This document shows, one piece after another, positions 25,808 to 32,000 of a DNA stretch of 32,000 bases (its first letter is position 1; each line of letters begins with the position of its first letter). Under the pieces are notes generated by a model. It did not search any database, was not told the origin of the DNA, and saw only the letters and a program-made list of their open reading frames with translations. The position numbers and the translations under genes are program-made. This DNA is from Gracilimonas sediminicola (GTDB taxonomy: Bacteria > Bacteroidota > Rhodothermia > Balneolales > Balneolaceae): NCBI RefSeq assembly GCF_046115515.1, contig NZ_CP175953.1; one strand, 5' to 3'.

Positions 25808-26152
25808 TTATCGGTTAATGCCTGTAATTCCGGATTTAAGAAGACTGAAGTGATGGCGAAGCGAACGGGTAACCATTTGTACCCGAATTTGCGTATCGGC
25901 CATTTCAATCATCTCATCTTCCAATGTCACGCTTTCATCTGTTTGTACAATTGATGGTGTTACGGCTTTCATGCCGCTGATGCCTTCATCCAGCTGGGCC
26001 TGCTGAAGTTCTTCTTCAAAAAGCACTTCATGCCTTTTATAATTAGGCGTGTCGGCATTGGCAATGTTAGAAGCCGTCACTTTTTGGCGAAGTGAATAGG
26101 TATCCATCGCCCGGGCCAGCATTTGACTATGATTACTATCGATAAAGTTCAT
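25808..26152 (-). CDS. flgB: Flagellar basal-body rod protein FlgB
   Basis: It has SLRQKVTASNIANADTPNYKR and a rod-family C-terminus. I chose the start at Met48 of the track ORF (MNFIDSNHSQ...). This gives the usual ~28 residues before the NIAN motif. The longer ORF (to 26293) would also swallow the sigma-54 promoter at 26193-26208. Confidence 0.9.
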   Translation of the reverse strand: MNFIDSNHSQMLARAMDTYSLRQKVTASNIANADTPNYKRHEVLFEEELQQAQLDEGISGMKAVTPSIVQTDESVTLEDEMIEMADTQIRVQMVTRSLRHHFSLLKSGITGINR

Positions 26153-26192
26153 TGAAATTTTGCTTTGGTTGTGAGTCACTCGCACGGATAAT

Positions 26193-26208
26193 TGCAATTG
26201 CTGTGCCA
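26193..26208 (-). promoter_or_regulatory. Sigma-54 (RpoN) -24/-12 promoter of the flgB operon
   Basis: The - strand reads cTGGCACagcaaTTGCAat, an exact TGGCAC-N5-TTGCA. The -12 element is about 40 nt upstream of the flgB ATG at 26152. CGGAAA/TTTCCG repeats lie 55-105 nt further upstream. Confidence 0.6.
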
Positions 26209-26352
26209 GCTCACCTAAATCTCTCTCAAATACCTGATATCCATTTTTTTCAGGAACAATCGGAAAATACAGGAGTAGAATTGACCGCTTCATGGCAAAT
26301 TTTTCCGTCTTTCCGAATTCATTTAAGGTGCAAAGGGGATCGCTGATAACCG

Positions 26353-27429
26353 GTGAAACAACAAGAACAGAATCAAAGCAAAGCTACAATGATGACTTTA
26401 CGGCAAGAAATTTGTACACCAGATTTGGCAGTTGAACCCCTTAATGCATTTAAGCAGATTGATGGTTACCATTACACAACTTCGGAGCATACATTAATGC
26501 AGATCATAAAAGACCTATTTAACGGGTATTCAGCACCCCTTTTGGTTTTACATCGTAATAACCGGGAAATCTGTTTTGCCACTCATCCTTCTTCCAGTGT
26601 TGATGAACTGTTAGGTCAGAGTTTTGAGCAAGCCGTTACTATAGTTGATGAGAATATCTCTAAGGAACCGGTTGCCTGCCTTCAAAATCAATGGCTGAGC
26701 TTTGATGAACGGGCATTTACATGGAGAGATGAAGAATACACTCTCATCGTTTTTAAACAACGGAATGAAGTTCCGGATGAGGAAACCTTAGCCTCATGGA
26801 GAAATATGATTGCCGTTATGCTCCACCGGTTCCGTTCTCCCCTTACCGGTATAACCGGCTATGTTGATTTACTGAATGAGTACAACGAGAATGAACAGCA
26901 AGAAAAATATTTCGACCTGATTGATAAGGGCATCAACCGCCTGTATGATATGATGGATGAGCTGGAAATCCTTTACACCATCGACCCAAATGCGATGGAA
27001 GATGACGAGGAATCCACCTCCCTGAAAGCTGAGAAATTAGTCGAAAGCATCTTGCTTGACTACCCCGCAGACGTTCAGAAACGCATCAATGTACAAGCTA
27101 TAGATCCGGACTTTGAGTTCAAGGGAAATCCTTCCAGCCTCAAAAACATCCTTGAGCTTTTAATTCAAAATGGCCTTCAGCATGGAGCGGATAACACTGT
27201 TACTGTTTCCGTACCTTCCGAAAGACTGATCCAGATTTCAAATCCCGGCCCGGCTATTCCCAAAGATATCGCTGACAATATATTTAGCCCGTTTGTGACT
27301 GATAAAGCAAACGGACTTGGTATTGGATTGACTCTGGCCTTGCTCTACGCCCGTCAGCTTAGTGGAACTATTTTCTTATCTACTAATGATGATGAGAAGA
27401 TCACCTTTAGTTTGTGCCTGCCTGAATAG
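26353..27429 (+). CDS. Soluble sensor histidine kinase (HisKA + HATPase_c, no TM segments)
   Basis: 358 aa. It has the H-box HRFRSPLTGITGYVDLL, an N-box LLIQNGLQHG, and a G-box region SNPGPAIP...NGLGIGLTLA with a degenerate G1. The track start is GTG 26353, and an alternative ATG is at 26386. It is divergent from flgB. Confidence 0.8.
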   Translation: MKQQEQNQSKATMMTLRQEICTPDLAVEPLNAFKQIDGYHYTTSEHTLMQIIKDLFNGYSAPLLVLHRNNREICFATHPSSSVDELLGQSFEQAVTIVDENISKEPVACLQNQWLSFDERAFTWRDEEYTLIVFKQRNEVPDEETLASWRNMIAVMLHRFRSPLTGITGYVDLLNEYNENEQQEKYFDLIDKGINRLYDMMDELEILYTIDPNAMEDDEESTSLKAEKLVESILLDYPADVQKRINVQAIDPDFEFKGNPSSLKNILELLIQNGLQHGADNTVTVSVPSERLIQISNPGPAIPKDIADNIFSPFVTDKANGLGIGLTLALLYARQLSGTIFLSTNDDEKITFSLCLPE

Positions 27430-27517
27430 CTGAGCATTCGTGTGCGGAAGATGAATTGCTCAGCTGAGTTCCGAATTACCGTAGTTCGCACTTTTTATTT
27501 CTCATAGCTTCTGAAAA

Positions 27518-27545
27518 TTAATGTTTTCTCGAATTCAACCGATAA
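27518..27545 (+). promoter_or_regulatory. Sigma-28 (FliA)-like promoter motif, TTAAT-N15-ACCGATAA
   Basis: Same architecture as 7389-7416. It lies about 60 nt upstream of the PAS/MCP-like gene, and an AAGGAAG SD lies between it and the ATG. Confidence 0.4.
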
Positions 27546-27605
27546 AACAAATGGGTAAGTATTACGATACTGATCCGAATACATTCAACAAAGGAAGCCA
27601 TCCAT

Positions 27606-29000
27606 ATGTTAACTGAAGAATTGACGACTGAAAAGATTAAAGACCTCAAAAAACCGGTTCCCGTTAACCAGGAAAGTCCGTTTACTTTTGAGGAACTGTT
27701 CTTCTCTGTTACCGATCCAAAATCGAATATTACTTATGCCAACGAAGTTTTTGTACGAATAAGTAAATATGAAAAGGAAGAAGTAATCGGGCAGCTGCAT
27801 AAATTAATTCGCCACCCGGATATGCCCCGGTCGGTCTTCAACATCTTTTGGGATCATCTGAATGCCAGCAAACCGGTTGCTGCCTATGTTAAAAACATGG
27901 CAAAAGATGGCTCTTATTATTGGGTGCTGGCACTGGCTTTCCCATGCAAAGGCGGGTACTTATCCATTCGTTTAAAACCGGGGAGCGAGCTTTTTAATAC
28001 CGTTAAAGAATGCTATGCCAAAACCCTGCAATTTGAGAAGCGAAAAGAACAGCAGCTGGGAGATAAGAAAAAAGCCATGGAAGAATCCCGGGCTTTCCTG
28101 TTGAACCTGCTCAAGAAAGAAGGCTTTGCAGACTACCGGGAGTTCATGTGGAATGCGCTTCAGAAAGAAATGAGCTACCGCGAAAGCATCCTTAGCCAAG
28201 GTATGTCGGAGGAGAAGAAAAAGACCGAAAAACACATCGTGCCCCCTGTTCTGGTAAAAGTTGAAACGATACTCAGTGAACTGGTGCTGGGCCTGGAGAA
28301 CCTGCAAAACATTCATAACGCCCTGATCGGGCACTCCGATTACATCCTGAAACTGGCTCGTTCTATACTGTTGCTTTCCCTGAATGCACAGATCAGTTCT
28401 TCAAAGCTGGATCAGGACGATATGTTGCTATCGGTTGTAGCCGAAAAAATGGGTGAGCAGTCGGTGGATGGGGAAAAGCGGCTCATCAATATGAAGGAAA
28501 ATATCCATCATTTAAGCGACCTGATTGCGGAAATGAATTTCGAAATTATTTCTTCTAAGATACAAGTTGAGATGACCATTGATTTCTTCAAAGAGCTGGA
28601 AAAACGCAAATTTGAGAAAGAGATATCCCTGATTAAATCTGATGAAGTTATAAATTTGTTGTATGATGCCTTTATGCCTCGGTTAGATGTCATCAGTAAG
28701 GGAATTGGAAAAGTGCCGGCTTATCTTCGCGACCTGATGAACGGAGTGAAAGACATTGAGCGATTCTTACTGGTACTTCGGTTTATTCATATTACCGGAA
28801 AGGTGGAAGTAGCCCGTATGAACGACGATGCCAACTCATTTTCAACTACTTTTCAGGACCTTGTGAATGAAATTGAAACGGCCGACTCCCACCTTCGGGA
28901 ACTAAATGAAGTGGTAAGCGATAACAAAGACAGCGGACTGATGTACACCGCCTACCAGGAACGCCTTACAAACCTTATTGCAAATATTGACCGCAGATAA
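27606..29000 (+). CDS. Soluble Aer-type PAS domain protein with divergent MCP-like coiled-coil C-terminus
   Basis: 464 aa with no TM. Residues ~26-125 align by eye to the E. coli Aer PAS domain (TD..SNITYAN..F..IS.Y...E..GQ.H..IRHPDMP...F...W..L....P....VKN..KDGSYYWV...GYLSIR). The C-terminal part contains LSLNAQISSSKLDQDDMLLSVVAEKM and GKVEVARMNDDANSFSTTFQDLVNE. Both resemble the MCP hairpin-tip motif LALNAAIEAARAGExGRGFAVVAxEV. Confidence 0.7.
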   Translation: MLTEELTTEKIKDLKKPVPVNQESPFTFEELFFSVTDPKSNITYANEVFVRISKYEKEEVIGQLHKLIRHPDMPRSVFNIFWDHLNASKPVAAYVKNMAKDGSYYWVLALAFPCKGGYLSIRLKPGSELFNTVKECYAKTLQFEKRKEQQLGDKKKAMEESRAFLLNLLKKEGFADYREFMWNALQKEMSYRESILSQGMSEEKKKTEKHIVPPVLVKVETILSELVLGLENLQNIHNALIGHSDYILKLARSILLLSLNAQISSSKLDQDDMLLSVVAEKMGEQSVDGEKRLINMKENIHHLSDLIAEMNFEIISSKIQVEMTIDFFKELEKRKFEKEISLIKSDEVINLLYDAFMPRLDVISKGIGKVPAYLRDLMNGVKDIERFLLVLRFIHITGKVEVARMNDDANSFSTTFQDLVNEIETADSHLRELNEVVSDNKDSGLMYTAYQERLTNLIANIDRR

Positions 29001-29040
29001 GCAGCCTCGGCCAATACTGTTAGGGTAACCCCCAAAACGA

Positions 29041-29073
29041 AAGAGGAACTTTAACCGAGTTCCTCTTTTTTTT
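29041..29073 (+). terminator. Rho-independent terminator
   Basis: AAGAGGAACT-ttaaccg-AGTTCCTCTT is a 10-bp perfect stem followed by a T-run (TTTTTT), 40 nt after the stop of the PAS/MCP-like gene. Confidence 0.75.
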
Positions 29074-29143
29074 CGTTCTGATTTTATTTGTAAAAGTTTT
29101 CAGATCATCGTTTTATATGCATAAATGACTGGGCATCAAAAAA

Positions 29144-29171
29144 TTGCAGTTTTATTAAAATATGTTAATAT
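29144..29171 (+). promoter_or_regulatory. Sigma-70-like promoter candidate (TTGCAG-N16-TAATAT)
   Basis: The hexamers are read by eye in the AT-rich intergenic region about 35 nt upstream of the 809-aa kinase ATG. The promoter consensus of the host lineage is unknown. Confidence 0.25.
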
Positions 29172-29203
29172 TAGAAATGCCTTAGGATTCAGCATACTAT
29201 TAC

Positions 29204-31633
29204 ATGGAACTACTTTTTTTAGAAAATCCCAACCCAATGCTTATTTATGACCGGGATGATTTAAGCATTGTGGATATAAATCCGTCTGCCCTTAAGCTAT
29301 ATGGTTATACTAAAGAAGAGTTTCTGAAACTGACAATCAGAGACCTTCGACCTGAATCAGAAATTGAAAAATTAGAACAAGAGCTGGATAAGCATGAGAA
29401 GGGATTTAATGATGCCGGGATAGTAAGTCACCTCAGAAAAGACGGGACTCCCGTTCATGTCAGAATACTTAGTTCCCCTGTTAAAAACGGTGATTCAAAC
29501 TTAAGATTGGTATTAGCCCAAAATGTAACAGAATATGTAGATGCCAAAGAGCGGCTTGAGAATGAGAAAGAACTACTTACTGCGGTTACCCAAAACCTGC
29601 CCGGCACTTTTTATGTGATCAACCAAGAGGGTAAAACTCTACGGTGGAATAAAAACCTGGAAACGATAACCGGATATTCCTCTCAGGAAATTGCTAAAAG
29701 TTCCGCATTCAGGTATTTCGATCCTAAAGATCATCCCAAAATAAAAAAGGCCATTGCTGAAGGTTTTAAAACCGGGAAAGCAGAACTAAAAACCAATCTG
29801 ATCACCAAAAACGGCGATCGTATCCCGTTTTACTTCAGTGCGAGCACATCAACGCTATATGGTGAACCTTACCTGATTGGGCTTGGAATTGATATATCCA
29901 AACAGCATAAGGCACAAGAACAGTTATTGCAACAAAAGATGTTGCTTGATGCCATTACGCAACAGTCCGAATCCATTATTTTTGTGAAAGATGTGGACGG
30001 CCCGTATAAACTGGTAAATGAAAAATTTAAACAAGACCTTGGGTTTACCGGGCAGCAAGTAATCGGTAAAACCGACCGAAATCTATTTGAGCCGGAATTG
30101 GCCAAACAGCTAATTGAAGATGATACACAAGTTTTAGAAAGTAGAACTGCAAAGCGGTTTGAAGAAATCATTCCAACCGTAGATGGCTCCAAAACTTATT
30201 ATACAGTAAAGTATCCTCTTTTAGATATACCGGGATATGAGAACAGCATTTGCGGAATTGCTACCGATATCACGGAGTTAAAAGAAGCTGAAGGTAAACT
30301 TGAAGAGCTTTACGAAAAAGAAAAAAGGGAAAGAGAACAGCTTCAGCTAATAAATTCACGGCTGCAATTTTTATCCAGGATTAACACCATTTTTTTGGAG
30401 GCCGGTAATACGGCGGCGGAAACACTCGAAAAGGTAGCTGCCGTAATGGTAGAAGAGATTGCAGACTTATGTTCATTCGACTTACTGATTGACGACCAAC
30501 TTCAGCGTGTGGTTACCCGGCACAGGGATAAAAAGAAGGAAGAAATTGCCCAAAGACTCCATGAGACAAATCCTGATATGTTTTATTCCTCTTCTTTCCT
30601 TTCTGAAGTACTCTCTTCAAAGAAACAGGTGTTCATTCCCGAAATCAGTGATCAACTTATCGATGAGTATCTCACACAACCTGAGCTGGCCGACCAGGTT
30701 GAAGCCCTGGAAATTGAATCCGTTCTCATAAAACCCCTATTGGTACAAGACAGGGAAATTGGAACCATGACCCTTCTCTTATCAGGTGAACAAACCGAGT
30801 GGGTAGAAGATGCCTCTATCCTGTTAGATGAACTTGCCTATAAAATCGCTCTTGCCACCGATCACTTGCTGGTAAATGAAGAGCTATCGAAGTTAAACGA
30901 AACGTTGGAGAAGAAAGTAGAAGAACGCACCGAAATGCTCGAAAAAGCAAACAAGGAGCTGGAATCATTCAGTTACAGCGTTTCTCATGATTTACGTGCA
31001 CCCCTGCGGGCTATTGATGGCTACTCTTCCCTCCTGCTTGAAGATTATTATGACAAATTGGATGAAGATGGAAAGGAGTTTTTGAGCATTCTGAATGATG
31101 AGTCCAAACGAATGGGAGAACTGATTGACGACCTTCTTTCCTTCTCACGAATGAGCCGGCTAAGCAAAAGCGCCGCAAGGTTTTCCATGAAATATTTGGT
31201 AAACGAATGCGTTAAAGAAGCTAAGGCTGTATTTCCGGATACTGACCCGGTAATTGAGGTTGAAGATTTACCCGAAGTTGAAGCTGACTCCAGACTGATA
31301 AAACAAGTATGGTTAAACCTGTTGAACAATGCCCTGAAGTATTGTGAGCCCGGCAAAGACCCGGAAATTCACATCCGTTCGGAACATGACAAAGAAAATC
31401 AAGTTTACATTTTTAGCATAGAAGACAAGGGAGTAGGATTTGACATGAAGTACGCCGATAAATTATTTGGTGTTTTTCAACGCCTTCATAGTGATGACGA
31501 ATTTGAAGGAACAGGAATTGGACTGGCTTTGGTCTGCAGAATTATCAATCGGCACAATGGGAAGACCTGGGCCGATAGCACCCCCGGAGAAGGCACCACC
31601 ATATACTTTTCACTTCCGGCAGACATTAATTAA
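29204..31633 (+). CDS. Multi-PAS / GAF sensor histidine kinase
   Basis: 809 aa and cytoplasmic. It has three PAS-like modules (for example [33 protein letters not shown]), a GAF-like segment and a coiled coil. The H-box is [23 protein letters not shown], and the HATPase motifs are [15 protein letters not shown] and GTGIGLAL. Confidence 0.9.
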   Translation: MELLFLENPNPMLIYDRDDLSIVDINPSALKLYGYTKEEFLKLTIRDLRPESEIEKLEQELDKHEKGFNDAGIVSHLRKDGTPVHVRILSSPVKNGDSNLRLVLAQNVTEYVDAKERLENEKELLTAVTQNLPGTFYVINQEGKTLRWNKNLETITGYSSQEIAKSSAFRYFDPKDHPKIKKAIAEGFKTGKAELKTNLITKNGDRIPFYFSASTSTLYGEPYLIGLGIDISKQHKAQEQLLQQKMLLDAITQQSESIIFVKDVDGPYKLVNEKFKQDLGFTGQQVIGKTDRNLFEPELAKQLIEDDTQVLESRTAKRFEEIIPTVDGSKTYYTVKYPLLDIPGYENSICGIATDITELKEAEGKLEELYEKEKREREQLQLINSRLQFLSRINTIFLEAGNTAAETLEKVAAVMVEEIADLCSFDLLIDDQLQRVVTRHRDKKKEEIAQRLHETNPDMFYSSSFLSEVLSSKKQVFIPEISDQLIDEYLTQPELADQVEALEIESVLIKPLLVQDREIGTMTLLLSGEQTEWVEDASILLDELAYKIALATDHLLVNEELSKLNETLEKKVEERTEMLEKANKELESFSYSVSHDLRAPLRAIDGYSSLLLEDYYDKLDEDGKEFLSILNDESKRMGELIDDLLSFSRMSRLSKSAARFSMKYLVNECVKEAKAVFPDTDPVIEVEDLPEVEADSRLIKQVWLNLLNNALKYCEPGKDPEIHIRSEHDKENQVYIFSIEDKGVGFDMKYADKLFGVFQRLHSDDEFEGTGIGLALVCRIINRHNGKTWADSTPGEGTTIYFSLPADIN

Positions 31634-31647
31634 AAATACAACGGATA

Positions 31648-32000
31648 ATGACAGAACGATCAGTAGAAATATTGTTAGTAGAAGATAATAAACGAGATGC
31701 AGACTTAACCCTCAGAGCACTCAAGAAAAAAAAGCTCAGCAACAAAGTTGTTTGGGTCAAAGACGGTGAAGAAGCCCTCGAATATCTGTTTGCTAAAGGA
31801 AGATACGCGGATCGCTCAATCAACGATAAACCTAAAGTCGTATTACTGGATCTTAAAATGCCTAAGGTAGATGGGCTTGAGGTTCTCAAAGAGATTCGAA
31901 GTAACCCCGTAACTAAGAAGCTGCCGGTGGTAATCATGACCTCTTCCAAAGAAGAACAGGATATTGTTCAAAGCTATGAATATGGAGTGAACAGTTACAT
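31648..32000 (+). CDS. Single-domain CheY-like response regulator (3' end truncated by the window edge)
   Basis: I translated this ORF myself because it is not in the track (it runs off the window): [48 protein letters not shown]...[57 protein letters not shown]. It has the acidic pocket ED, the phospho-acceptor D in LLDLKMP, and a conserved T/S in MTSS. It starts 14 nt after the kinase stop. Confidence 0.85.
   Translation, partial: MTERSVEILLVEDNKRDADLTLRALKKKKLSNKVVWVKDGEEALEYLFAKGRYADRSINDKPKVVLLDLKMPKVDGLEVLKEIRSNPVTKKLPVVIMTSSKEEQDIVQSYEYGVNSY

Noticed and set aside
26153-26293. 47-codon N-terminal extension of flgB in the ORF track (MKRSILLLYFPIVPEKNGYQ...).
   Set aside because: The extension has no FlgB similarity. 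Starting at Met48 gives the normal spacing to the NIAN motif, and the extension would contain the sigma-54 promoter and the upstream repeats.
27428-27465. 9-bp hairpin AGCTGAGCA/TGCTCAGCT overlapping the stop of the 358-aa kinase, considered as a possible terminator.
   Set aside because: It has a 20-nt loop and no T-run directly after the stem. The nearest T-run (ctttttattt) is ~30 nt downstream, behind a weak 5-bp GTGCG/CGCAC pairing. That is insufficient to call a terminator.
1-32000. A search for a defence island, prophage or integrative element, looking for integrases, transposases, restriction, toxin-antitoxin or cas genes.
   Set aside because: Apart from the single GIY-YIG gene, every ORF with sequence support belongs to the flagellar or signal-transduction classes. 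Nothing in the window supports a multi-gene defence or phage module.

Overview
This window is almost entirely a flagellar biosynthesis and motor super-locus, followed by a signal-transduction cluster. On the + strand at the left are flhB, flhA, flhF, flhG, a 76-aa membrane ORF and fliA (sigma-28), spanning 16-6589. A 24-gene - strand block (7965-26152) converges on it: flgB, flgC, orf77, fliE, fliF, fliG, fliH, fliI, fliJ, a ylxF/flbB-like gene, fliK, flgD and flgE, then a gap, then motA, motB, fliL, fliM, fliN(Y), fliO, fliP, fliQ and fliR. This is the Firmicutes/Spirochaetes-type gene order, but it is split between fliR and flhB with one half inverted, and it contains no che genes. The convergence point (6590-7964) is the only clearly accessory DNA. 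It holds three copies of a ~116-bp repeat with imperfect terminal inverted repeats, a small GIY-YIG nuclease gene lying between copies 2 and 3, and a lysine/glutamate-rich 85-aa ORF behind a sigma-28-like promoter motif. To the right of flgB are a soluble histidine kinase divergent from flgB, an Aer-type PAS protein with degenerate MCP-like segments, a multi-PAS/GAF histidine kinase, and a truncated CheY-like response regulator. The signals I rate highest are regulatory. Two exact sigma-54 core promoters (TGGCAC-N5-TTGC) sit in sense orientation, one before flgB and one inside the flhA 3' end before flhF. A recurring TTAAT-N15-nCCGATAA (sigma-28-like) motif precedes the 85-aa ORF and the PAS/MCP-like gene, and a related motif precedes motA. 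Other oddities are a FliM without the N-terminal CheY-P docking peptide, an extra 77-aa gene between flgC and fliE, and the GIY-YIG/repeat cassette. I see no CRISPR array, rRNA, tRNA, transposase or obvious multi-gene defence system. All calls come from reading the ORF translations and the DNA by eye, with no database search. The host lineage cannot be determined from this window alone.
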